A stretch of 58,986 nt of DNA, the filler included. It is 5 parts of 5 records of this genome, joined end to end, with 100 filler letters (N's around TTAATTAATTAA, not from the genome) between each part and the next. Parts side by side here need not be neighbours in the genome. Positions count along the whole stretch, not along the records: positions 1 to 13,694 come from SRR31156797_18213; 4 more parts are not named here. One strand, 5' to 3'. The position numbers were made by a program, and so were the translations under genes. The notes beneath the pieces are model-generated. The model saw only the letters and a list, made by a program, of their open reading frames with translations, did not search any database and was not told the origin of the DNA. Each line of letters starts with the position of its first letter. Within the stretch, counting starts at the first letter, position 1. Shown here in pieces: positions 1 to 8,599 of this stretch.

Positions 1-2
1 AG

Positions 3-3000
3 TTGAAAATGGAAACGGCCCTGGAGCGGGCGCTGCTTGTCAATACGGTACTGGGTTCGAACATCGGGTCCCGGGAAGAGCAGTTCGAGGAGGCGTCATC
101 GCGCTTTACCGATCTCGCCGTCGAAACCCAGGACGATGTGAGCGCCGTAGTCGCTTTCGTTCAAAACGCCCTGCGCTCGAGCACCGATGAACGGGGCCGG
201 TCCAGACTGCGGCAGGTTTTGCTCAAAATCCAGGACATCGGCCTTTTGCTGGGAAACCACATGGGGTTGGCGCAACGGACCTTTTTCCTGATCGAAGACG
301 GCGATCAGGGAGGGGCATCGGCCAATCTGCCAGAACTTGAAGACCAACGAATAGAACTGACGGAAAAGATCTCGAACCTGATTTTCGAGGTTGAGGACTT
401 CGCCCGCGATTCGGCACAATCGGTTCTGCAACAGCAGCAGGCCAATCTGTTGATCATGGTCGCCGTGTCGGGCATCGGATTGGTCGTCTGCGTCCTCTTG
501 GGCCTGATCGTCGGCCGCAGCATCGCCGGGCCGATCAGGTCGGTCACCGGCGCCCTCGGCGAACTCGTTCGCGGCAATACGGAAATGCCGCTCAATATCA
601 AACAGGACGGAAGCGAACTGGGGGCGATGGCGGTCGCCTTGCGTGCCTTCCGGGAAGAGATCGTCAACCGGCGCGAAACCGTCGTTGCCTTGGCCGAATC
701 GGAACGGCGCTTCCACGCCCTGGCTGCGCTGTCGCCGGTCGGCGTGTTCTCGACCGACGCCAGCGGCAACTGTCATTACGTCAACGAGATGGGCTGCCGG
801 ATCTCCGGTTTGAGCGCGACGGAAATGCTCGGCCGCGGTTGGACCCGGGCGCTGCATCCGGACGACCGGGAAATGGTTCTGGCGCGCTGGGCGAAGGCAG
901 CGGCCTCGGATGAACCGTTCCGCGCCGAATACCGCTTTCTGAAACCGGACGAATCGATCACATGGGTTATCGGGCAGGCATCGCAGCACAAGGATGTGAT
1001 GGGGAAATCGACCGGCTTCGTCGGCACCATCACCGACATTACCGAGCAGAAAAATGCCGAGGAAGACCTTATAGAATTCGCGCGATCGCGCACCGAACTG
1101 CACCAGATCACCGCCGATCTGGATCTGGCGTTCGAGGAAAAAATCCAGCGCCTGCTCGCCCTCGGATCGAAAACCTTTCACCTGCCGCTGGGCATCGTCA
1201 GCCATATCGAGGACGACACCTACACGGTCGAACATGCGCTCGGCCCCGAAAACGGCACACCGCCGTCCGGGACCACCTTCGCCCTGGGCGAGACCTTTTG
1301 TGTCCATGCGTTCGATGCGAATGGACCGGTCGGCTTCAATAGGGTCGGACAAAGCAACATCCGCACCCACCCCTGTTACAAGAAGTTCGGCATCGAATCC
1401 TATATTGCCTGCCCGGTGGTGGTTGACGGGGAACGGTATGGAACCCTCAATTTCTCGGGCACCGAACCGCGCCCAAAACCCTTTGCCGACGGCGACTATT
1501 CGCTGGTGCAGCTGTTTTCCCAATGGATCGGAACCGAAATTTCCCGCCAGCGCGCGGAAGAAGTCCTCCGGGTCAGCGAAGAGCGCCTGAAACTGGCGCT
1601 GGAAGGCACCGACGACGGATTGTGGGACTGGAACGTCGACACCGGACATTCCTATTTTAGCCCGCGCTGGGAGGAAATGCTGGGATTCGAACCCGGCGAA
1701 ATGGAACAGCGTGTATCGGCCTGGGAAACGCGCATCCATCCCGACGACCATGCATCCATGCGAAGGGCGCTGGACGACCATCTGCAGGGAATCACCGCCA
1801 TCTACGAATCGGAGCATCGGCTGAAAGCCAGGAACGGCGACTGGATCTGGGTGCTGGACCGCGGCAAGGTGGTCGATCGCAGCCCGGACGGGCGGCCGAT
1901 GCGTGCCGTCGGCGCCCATGCCGACATCACGGCGCGCAAACGCGCCGAGGATGCGCTTCGCGAGAGCGAGGCGCGGGTCCGCACCCTGGTCGAAAACATC
2001 ATCGACGGCATCATCACCATCGATTCGGCCGGCATCATCGAATCGGTCAATCCGGCGGTCGAACGCATCTTCGGCTATGACAGTTCCGAAATGCTCGGAA
2101 AAAACGTCAAGATGCTGATGCCGCAACCGCATCGCGACGCCCATGACGAATACCTGAACCGGTACCGCGAAACCGGAAACGCCCGGATCATCGGCTCCGG
2201 CCGCGAGGTCGAGGGACGGCGCAAGAACGGCACCATTTTTCCGATCGATCTTGCCATCAGCGAAATGATGATCGGGGAGCGGCGGGGTTACACCGGTATT
2301 CTGCGCGACATTACGGAACGCCGCCAGGTCGAGCGCATGAAGAACGAGTTCGTGTCCAGCGTCAGCCACGAACTGCGCACGCCGCTGACCTCGATCCGCG
2401 GCGCCCTCGGCCTGATCGTCGGCGGCGCCGTCGGCGATCTCAGCGACAAGGTTCGGGATCTGGTCGATATCGCCTTCAACAACAGCCAGCGCCTGATCAA
2501 CATCGTCAACGACATCCTGGACCTGGAAAAAATCGGCTCCGGGCAGCTCAAGTTCCGCTTCAGAAGAACCGACATGGTGGCAATGGCCCGCAACGCGATC
2601 GCCGAGAACCAGGGCTTCGCGACCGAATACGGCGTTCATTTTGAATTGGCTGAGGAGACCGAATCGGCCCTCGTGCAGGCCGACAGCGACCGCATCAGCC
2701 AGGTCATGGCCAATCTTCTTTCGAATGCCGCCAAATTCTCGCCGGACGGCGAAACGGTCGATATCGTGGTGGAAACCAACGACGGCTGGGTTCGCGTTTC
2801 GGTTCGCGACCGCGGCCCCGGTATCCCCGAAGAATTCCGCGGCCGGCTGTTCGAAAGATTCAGCCAGGCGGATTCATCGGATACCCGCAAGGCCGGCGGT
2901 ACCGGGCTGGGCTTGAGCATCGTCAAGGCGATCGTCGACCATCATGGCGGTCACGTCGGGTTCGACTCGAAAATGGGTGTCGGCAGCGTCTTTTATTTCG

Positions 3001-3830
3001 AGCTTCCGGCGATCAGACCGGACGAAGTGGACAGACCGCCCAAGACCGCGGAAACCCACGGCTCGAACGGACACGTCCTGGTTTGCGAAGACGATGCCGA
3101 TATCGCCAAGCTGTTGGCGGTTCTTTTGCGCCAGGCCGGCATCTCGTCCGATATCGCCCCCGATGGCAAAACCGCAAGATCGCTTCTGGCCGAGCGCCAC
3201 TACGATGCGGCGACGATCGATTTGGTCCTGCCGGAAGAAGACGGCATTTCGCTGATCCGCGCCATTCGACAGAACGAGCGCACCCGGGATTTGCCCGTCG
3301 TTGTCGTTTCCGCCCGGGCCGAGGAAGCCCGCGAGGGCATCGAGGCATCGACGCTTGATATCGTCGACTGGCTGAACAAGCCGATCGACGAGCAACGGCT
3401 GCTTCGGGCCATCGACCTGGCCAGGAACGGCGGTACGAATCGCAAACCCCGGCTGCTTTATGTCGAAGACGATCCCGACCTGGTCGAAGTCGTGACCGCC
3501 GTGGTCTCCGGTTCGGCCGATACCACCATCGCGGCCAGCCTGGCCGAAGCCCGCAAGACGCTGAAACGCGAAACCTTCGACTTGATTATTCTCGATGTCG
3601 GGCTGCCGGACGGATCCGGGCTGGATCTATTGCCGGCACTGGAAAAAAACGATGGCGCGCCAACACCGATAGTTGTTTTTTCCGGCGAAGAAATCGAAGA
3701 AGATATGGTTCAACGGGTCGATGCTGCCCTGGTCAAGGCGAAGACGTCCAATAAGGCGTTGCTGAAAACCATCCAGGAGCTGATCGGTTCGAACGCAATG
3801 CGCAAGGGCAAAGGAGAAAATTCGGCATGA
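3..3830 (+). CDS. Hybrid sensor histidine kinase (TM-HAMP-PAS-GAF-PAS-PAS-HisKA-HATPase-REC-REC), 5'-truncated
   Basis: H-box FVSSVSHELRTPLTSIRG, N-box NLLSNAAKFS, G-boxes DRGPGIP and GGTGLGLSIVK. Two receivers (VCEDD..IDLVLP, YVEDD..LDVGLP). TM segment followed by HAMP. ORF is open at the window edge. Confidence 0.95.
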   Translation: MKMETALERALLVNTVLGSNIGSREEQFEEASSRFTDLAVETQDDVSAVVAFVQNALRSSTDERGRSRLRQVLLKIQDIGLLLGNHMGLAQRTFFLIEDGDQGGASANLPELEDQRIELTEKISNLIFEVEDFARDSAQSVLQQQQANLLIMVAVSGIGLVVCVLLGLIVGRSIAGPIRSVTGALGELVRGNTEMPLNIKQDGSELGAMAVALRAFREEIVNRRETVVALAESERRFHALAALSPVGVFSTDASGNCHYVNEMGCRISGLSATEMLGRGWTRALHPDDREMVLARWAKAAASDEPFRAEYRFLKPDESITWVIGQASQHKDVMGKSTGFVGTITDITEQKNAEEDLIEFARSRTELHQITADLDLAFEEKIQRLLALGSKTFHLPLGIVSHIEDDTYTVEHALGPENGTPPSGTTFALGETFCVHAFDANGPVGFNRVGQSNIRTHPCYKKFGIESYIACPVVVDGERYGTLNFSGTEPRPKPFADGDYSLVQLFSQWIGTEISRQRAEEVLRVSEERLKLALEGTDDGLWDWNVDTGHSYFSPRWEEMLGFEPGEMEQRVSAWETRIHPDDHASMRRALDDHLQGITAIYESEHRLKARNGDWIWVLDRGKVVDRSPDGRPMRAVGAHADITARKRAEDALRESEARVRTLVENIIDGIITIDSAGIIESVNPAVERIFGYDSSEMLGKNVKMLMPQPHRDAHDEYLNRYRETGNARIIGSGREVEGRRKNGTIFPIDLAISEMMIGERRGYTGILRDITERRQVERMKNEFVSSVSHELRTPLTSIRGALGLIVGGAVGDLSDKVRDLVDIAFNNSQRLINIVNDILDLEKIGSGQLKFRFRRTDMVAMARNAIAENQGFATEYGVHFELAEETESALVQADSDRISQVMANLLSNAAKFSPDGETVDIVVETNDGWVRVSVRDRGPGIPEEFRGRLFERFSQADSSDTRKAGGTGLGLSIVKAIVDHHGGHVGFDSKMGVGSVFYFELPAIRPDEVDRPPKTAETHGSNGHVLVCEDDADIAKLLAVLLRQAGISSDIAPDGKTARSLLAERHYDAATIDLVLPEEDGISLIRAIRQNERTRDLPVVVVSARAEEAREGIEASTLDIVDWLNKPIDEQRLLRAIDLARNGGTNRKPRLLYVEDDPDLVEVVTAVVSGSADTTIAASLAEARKTLKRETFDLIILDVGLPDGSGLDLLPALEKNDGAPTPIVVFSGEEIEEDMVQRVDAALVKAKTSNKALLKTIQELIGSNAMRKGKGENSA

Positions 3831-4219
3831 CGGCAAAAAAGCTGGCTCGGATCATGATGGTGGAAGACGACCCCGACATTCAGACCATCGGCAAAATGGC
3901 GCTGGAAACGGTCGGCGGATTTACCGTCGAGGTCTGCGATTCGGGTCGGGACGCCCTTGAGAAAGCGCCGGTGTTCAAACCCGATCTGGTTCTGCTCGAC
4001 GTCATGATGCCGGAAATGGACGGCCCGACCACGTTCAAGGGATTGCGGCAGTTGCCGGAATTCGTCGATACACCGATCGTCTTCTGCACGGCCAAGGCGA
4101 TGCCGTCGGAACTCGATCAATTCCGGGCGATGGGATCGGCGGGCATCATTCCGAAACCGTTCGATCCGATGAGTCTGGCCGCCCAGGTCCTGGAAATCTG
4201 GGAAAAAATCCATGGCTGA
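3827..4219 (+). CDS. Single-domain CheY-like response regulator
   Basis: MMVEDD..LLDVMMPEMDG..CTA..KPF; start overlaps the kinase stop (ATGA). Confidence 0.93.
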   Translation: MTAKKLARIMMVEDDPDIQTIGKMALETVGGFTVEVCDSGRDALEKAPVFKPDLVLLDVMMPEMDGPTTFKGLRQLPEFVDTPIVFCTAKAMPSELDQFRAMGSAGIIPKPFDPMSLAAQVLEIWEKIHG

Positions 4220-6059
4220 TACGGAGGCTGTCCTCGAGGAACGCCTGGCGGCGCTGCGTCTCGGTTTTGTCGAAAACCTGGAGGCTCGATTTACGGCGCT
4301 GGAAAAGGCCGCCAAGGCGATTGCCGCGGCGAGCGACAGTCAGGCGAGCGAAGCGGCGTTGCGGAAACTGCGCACCCAGTCCCACCAGTTGGTTGGATCG
4401 GGCGCCACCTTCGGCTTTCCCGAGATCAGCCGGATATCGAAGGACCTGGAACGGTTTTGCGATGCCCTTATCGCCGCCGACGCCGTACCGGACGCGACCA
4501 GCCAAAAGCGGATTGCCGACATGTTGCAGGCATTGCGCCGGGCCAAGGAAACGTCGGCGGAAGCGGCCGAGGTCAAAGCCGTCGATCTGGACGCCGAACA
4601 GGAGACCGATGAAAAAGAAGCCGCACCATGGCGCGTCCTTCTGGTCGAGGACGACAACGCCCAGGCCCGCGCCGTCATCGAATCCCTGAAAAGCGGACGC
4701 TACGACATCGAACATGTCGATACCGGGAACGCCGCCCTGGCCTCGATCGACAGCGCCGTTCCCGATGCCATACTGCTCGACATGATGCTGCCGGATATCG
4801 AGGGCATCGAAATTCTGCGCCGGGTCGCCGATCAGAAACTGCCCTGCACGGTCATCGTCGTCACCGCCCACGGGTCGGTCAATCTGGCGGTCGAGGCGAT
4901 GCGCCTGGGCGCCTACGACTTCATCATCAAGCCGTTCAACGCAACCCGCCTTCAGGTGACCCTGCATAACGCGCTGGAACACGACCGCCTCAGCCGCATC
5001 GTCGAAACCTATCAGGATCTGGACCGGTCGACCTATTTCGGGTTCGTCGGCAGTTCCCTGCCGATGCAGGCCGTCTATCGCATCATCGACAGCGCCGCCG
5101 GCAGCAAGGCGACCGTCTTCGTATCCGGGGAAAGCGGCACCGGCAAGGAGGTCTGCGCCGAGGCCATTCACCAGAAAAGCCCGCGCAACGGCAAGCCCTT
5201 CATCGCCCTCAATTGCGGCGCCATCCCGAAGGACCTGATGGAGAGCGAGATATTCGGCCACGTCAAGGGGGCCTTCACCGGCGCCGTTTCGGAGCGCGAA
5301 GGCGCGGCGCGGCAGGCCCACGGCGGCACGCTTTTTCTCGACGAGGTCTGCGAGCTCGACCTGACCCTTCAGACCAAGCTGTTGCGGTTCGTGCAGACCG
5401 GGACCTTTCAGAAGGTCGGCGGCGAGCGCCTGGAAGAGGTCGACGTCAGGTTTGTCTGTGCGACCAACCGCGATCCGATCGCCGAGGTCGCAGCCGGCCG
5501 GTTCCGCGAAGACCTGTTTTACCGGCTTCATGTGATTCCGATCGTGTTGCCGCCGTTGCGCGAAAGAGGCGCCGATATCCTGACCATCGCTCAGCAGTTC
5601 CTGGCCGATTTTTCGCGCGAGGAGGGAAAGGTCTTCGAGGCCCTGTCGCCGGAAGCCGAAGCCATCTTCGCGGGTTATCCGTGGCCGGGAAACGTCCGCG
5701 AGATGCAAAACGTGATCCGTCATATCGTCGTCCTCAACGACGGCCCGGTGGTAACCGAAGCGATGATGCCGCCTCCTCTTGGCGACAGCCCCGGGATTCC
5801 GGCACCGGCGATCGCGTTGCCGTCGTCACCGCCTTTGCCGGAACCGATTTCCGGCACCGCCGCCGAAGCCGAAACGCCGGATCCGACCGACGCCATCGCC
5901 GCCGCCATCCGGCCGCTGGCGGATGTCGAGCGCGAGACGATCGAGACCGCGCTACGTCTGTGCGACGGCAACATTCCGAAAGCGGCGCATTTTCTCGGCG
6001 TCAGCGCCTCGACGATCTATCGGAAAAAACAGGGATGGGAAGAACAGGACGGCGTTTGA
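4212..6059 (+). CDS. LuxO-like sigma54-dependent activator with N-terminal Hpt domain (Hpt-REC-AAA+-HTH)
   Basis: Hpt motif SHQLVGSGATFG; REC LLVEDD..LLDMMLP; Walker A GESGTGKEVCAEAIH; GHVKGAFTGA; LQTKLLRFVQTGTFQKVG; HTH CDGNIPKAAHFLGVSASTIYRK. From recall, these segments closely match Vibrio LuxO. Confidence 0.92.
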   Translation: MADTEAVLEERLAALRLGFVENLEARFTALEKAAKAIAAASDSQASEAALRKLRTQSHQLVGSGATFGFPEISRISKDLERFCDALIAADAVPDATSQKRIADMLQALRRAKETSAEAAEVKAVDLDAEQETDEKEAAPWRVLLVEDDNAQARAVIESLKSGRYDIEHVDTGNAALASIDSAVPDAILLDMMLPDIEGIEILRRVADQKLPCTVIVVTAHGSVNLAVEAMRLGAYDFIIKPFNATRLQVTLHNALEHDRLSRIVETYQDLDRSTYFGFVGSSLPMQAVYRIIDSAAGSKATVFVSGESGTGKEVCAEAIHQKSPRNGKPFIALNCGAIPKDLMESEIFGHVKGAFTGAVSEREGAARQAHGGTLFLDEVCELDLTLQTKLLRFVQTGTFQKVGGERLEEVDVRFVCATNRDPIAEVAAGRFREDLFYRLHVIPIVLPPLRERGADILTIAQQFLADFSREEGKVFEALSPEAEAIFAGYPWPGNVREMQNVIRHIVVLNDGPVVTEAMMPPPLGDSPGIPAPAIALPSSPPLPEPISGTAAEAETPDPTDAIAAAIRPLADVERETIETALRLCDGNIPKAAHFLGVSASTIYRKKQGWEEQDGV

Positions 6060-6116
6060 CGGAAATCGCGGGCAATCCGGCGGGGCGCCGCCGTTTCGCG
6101 GCCATCGAATGCTCGC

Positions 6117-6286
6117 AAAAAAAAGTTGGGTCCGGAGTTCTGGGTAGTCTTTGGGGGGGGAGGAGCTCTCCGGACCCACGAGTTTTCAGGGGAAGTCGCG
6201 GTCATTTGTCGACCGCGGATTATTCCACCACCTCCATCAACGTCCGGCCGCTTTGGCCATCGGTTGGCAGGTTAACATCCGTCTGC
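6117..6286 (-). ncRNA. Candidate sigma54-dependent small RNA with C-rich anti-Shine-Dalgarno motifs
   Basis: Predicted start about 12 nt downstream of a -24/-12 promoter. Hairpin CGCGGTC/GACCGCG (6197-6217). Terminal 11-bp stem TGGGTCCGGAG/CTCCGGACCCA (6127-6178) with CUCCUCCCCCCCC in the loop, then 8 U. No convincing ORF. Confidence 0.65.
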
Positions 6287-6296
6287 TCGAATCCTC

Positions 6297-6313
6297 CGCA
6301 AGCCGCGTGCCAA
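6297..6313 (-). promoter_or_regulatory. sigma54 (-24/-12) promoter
   Basis: Minus strand reads TTGGCACGCGGCTTGCG: TGGCAC-N5-TTGC with exact GG-N10-GC spacing. Confidence 0.85.
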
Positions 6314-6393
6314 TTGGCGGCTTGAAGAAAAAACGCGGAAAACCGGGCGTTTTTCGAATCGACGGGCGAACCGTTTCCGACGCAATGCGGGAA

Positions 6394-6433
6394 GCATTTT
6401 GCAAAATGCAATTAATTGTTTTGCTTCCTGCGA
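6394..6433. promoter_or_regulatory. LuxO-type enhancer (upstream activator sequence)
   Basis: TTGCAAAATGCAA at 6399-6411 matches TTGCA-W3-TGCAA and overlaps the palindrome GCATTTTGCAAAATGC. A weaker TTGC-N4-TGC copy starts 22 bp away at 6421. About 90-100 bp upstream of the -24 element. Confidence 0.7.
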
Positions 6434-6560
6434 AATTGCACCGGGCGACGACGCACTCGAAAAAAGTGAAGCCAGCACCGAAAATGGGCCGAATAACGCA
6501 TGAATCCGCGTTTATTAGGGATTTCCCGTATATTTGGCGGGGCCCGAATATGTTTATTAT

Positions 6561-6715
6561 CCGCGTTACGGGAAACGCGGCTTTTAAAGGGCTACAAACC
6601 CAATAAAAAACAAATCGACCATCCAACCCCACCCCTCCGTGCAGGATGGCCTCCGTGTTTCCCCTTTTTTTTCTTTCGTACCCGGGTCGGGCAAGTGCCG
6701 TCCCGGATTTTTTTT
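6561..6715 (+). ncRNA. Second candidate C-rich small RNA (or structured leader) ending in an intrinsic terminator
   Basis: Hairpins at 6561-6580 and 6619-6649 (loop contains CCCCTCC), repeated CCTCCGTG, GC stem at 6682-6706 followed by 8 T. Confidence 0.45.
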
Positions 6716-6822
6716 GCCCGCGTCATCGGTGCCGCCGCGCGCCGGTTTCCCGGCCGACTGTCGGACGCCGCCGTTATTTGATAGAATAGTTCGACCCTTT
6801 ATGACGTCGTGGGAGAGGTCCG

Positions 6823-7671
6823 ATGAAGACGATACTCCTGCCGATGTTTGCAGACACCCCGTCCGATGCCGCCATCGCCGCCGCCCGCGCGGTCGCGTTT
6901 CGATTCGACAGCCATGTCGAAGGGCTTTTCGTTCGCGCCGGCCCGCTGATGGTTCCGCGCGGACCGGTTCCGGTACATTTCCTGGAGCAATACAGCGAAT
7001 ACTGGGATCAAAGCGCCGACGACGCGCGGACCCGTTTTGCCACAGCCATGAACGAATGCGGCATACCGTTCCGCGAGACCGCCGTCGAAACCGAGGGGCC
7101 GACCGCCTGGTGGTGTGAAATGGAAGGCGAGTGGCCGCAGATCGTCGGCAATTACGCCAGGCTGTTCGAACTGACCATTCTGGCTCGACCGTCTGGCAGC
7201 GCCGAGGACGACTGGGGCCCGGTTTCGGAAGCCGCCATTTTCGACAGCGGACGTCCGATCCTGATCGCCGGGGCCGGCCCCATCGACCGCCTTGGAGAAA
7301 CCATCGTCATCGCCTGGAACCGCAGCACCGAAACGGCCCGCACCATCGCCATGGCGATGCCGATGCTGATCGCGGCCCGAAAAGTGATCGTGCTTTCGGT
7401 CGAAGGCGCGACAGGCGGTTCGGTACCGGGACCGCGGGGCGAAATGCTGGCGACGTATCTTTCCCGTGCCGGTGTCATGGCGGAGGCGCAAACGGTCGAG
7501 GCGAACGGAAGATCTTCCGGCGAAACGGTTCTGGACGAGGCCGCGGCACTCGACGCCGATATGATCCTGAAAGGCGCCTACACCCACAACCGGTTGCGCC
7601 AGATGATTTTCGGCGGCACCACCCGCCACATCATCGGCCATTCGGCCCTGCCGGTTCTGATCGCCCACTAA
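6823..7671 (+). CDS. Universal stress protein (tandem UspA domains)
   Basis: MKTILLPM N-terminus; IVIAWNRSTETAR; ILKGAYTHNRLRQMIFGGTTRHII..LPVLIAH; SD GGAGAGG. Confidence 0.9.
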   Translation: MKTILLPMFADTPSDAAIAAARAVAFRFDSHVEGLFVRAGPLMVPRGPVPVHFLEQYSEYWDQSADDARTRFATAMNECGIPFRETAVETEGPTAWWCEMEGEWPQIVGNYARLFELTILARPSGSAEDDWGPVSEAAIFDSGRPILIAGAGPIDRLGETIVIAWNRSTETARTIAMAMPMLIAARKVIVLSVEGATGGSVPGPRGEMLATYLSRAGVMAEAQTVEANGRSSGETVLDEAAALDADMILKGAYTHNRLRQMIFGGTTRHIIGHSALPVLIAH

Positions 7672-7850
7672 GCCGGCCGAACCGGTCCGCGTTCGACCCG
7701 GGGCCGGCCAAAAAAACACCGTTTTCGGTTGTGCCGAAACCCGTCAACAGGCAAAAGAGAGCAGTTTTGTTTCGCGCCGACCGACCGGGATGATCCGGCA
7801 CGGCCGGTCGCGCCTGATCCATCTCAACACCCAGACTCCCAGGAGGCACC

Positions 7851-8576
7851 GTGACAGCAAATACGATCGCCCGTTCGGCTCTCGTAACCGGCGGAACCCG
7901 TGGAATCGGCCGCGCCATCGCAGAAAAACTGCGCGACGAAGGTTGCGCCGTCACCGTCACCGGAACCCGTCCCGACGGGACGGCTCCAGACGGCTGCGAC
8001 TATCTGGCAATCGATTTTTCCGACCGCGACGCCTCGATCGAGTTCGCCGACCATGTCTCGGAAAGGGCCTTCGACATCCTCATCAACAACGCCGGCACCA
8101 ACCGCGTCGGCCCCATCGACGAATACGAACTGGAAGACTTCGAACTGGTCCTGCGGGTCAACCTGATGGCGCCCTTCATGATGTGCCGCGCCGTCATCCC
8201 GGGCATGAAACGCCGGCAGTGGGGGCGGATCGTCAACATCTCGTCGCTTTGGGGTATTGTCGCCAAGGAAAACCGCGCCGCCTACGGTGCCAGTAAATTC
8301 GGAATCGACGGCATGACCGCCTCGGTCGCGGCCGATGTCGCCGAATACGGCATCCTCGCCAACTGCATCGCGCCGGGATTCATCAAGACCGATCTTTCGA
8401 CCCGCCTTCTGAGCGAGGAAGGGCTGGCCAAACTGGCCGCCCAGGTGCCGCTCCGACGGTGCGGAACGGTCGACGAAGTGGCCAAGCTGGTGGCCTTCCT
8501 GGCCGGACCGGAAAACAGCTATATCACCGGCCAGAACATCGTCATCGACGGCGGGTTCATCCGCAGCCGCGGTTAG
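7851..8576 (+). CDS. Short-chain dehydrogenase/reductase (FabG-like)
   Basis: TGGTRGIG, NNAG, YGASK, PGFIKT, YITGQNIVIDGG; SD AGGAGG. Confidence 0.92.
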   Translation: MTANTIARSALVTGGTRGIGRAIAEKLRDEGCAVTVTGTRPDGTAPDGCDYLAIDFSDRDASIEFADHVSERAFDILINNAGTNRVGPIDEYELEDFELVLRVNLMAPFMMCRAVIPGMKRRQWGRIVNISSLWGIVAKENRAAYGASKFGIDGMTASVAADVAEYGILANCIAPGFIKTDLSTRLLSEEGLAKLAAQVPLRRCGTVDEVAKLVAFLAGPENSYITGQNIVIDGGFIRSRG

Positions 8577-8599
8577 GACGGCAATCGCGAGCGAGATCG

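Noticed and set aside
96-5723. Long antisense ORFs (96-2639, 4146-5723) and similar shadow ORFs elsewhere (e.g. 34606-35709, 37151-38395)
   Set aside because: They mirror well-supported genes in GC-rich DNA and contain no recognisable motifs.
6220-6286. Several GGA motifs in the 5' part of the candidate sRNA (CsrA/Rsm sponge?) and a tiny MEVVE ORF
   Set aside because: Too few motifs, not clearly in hairpin loops, and no good ribosome-binding site for the peptide.
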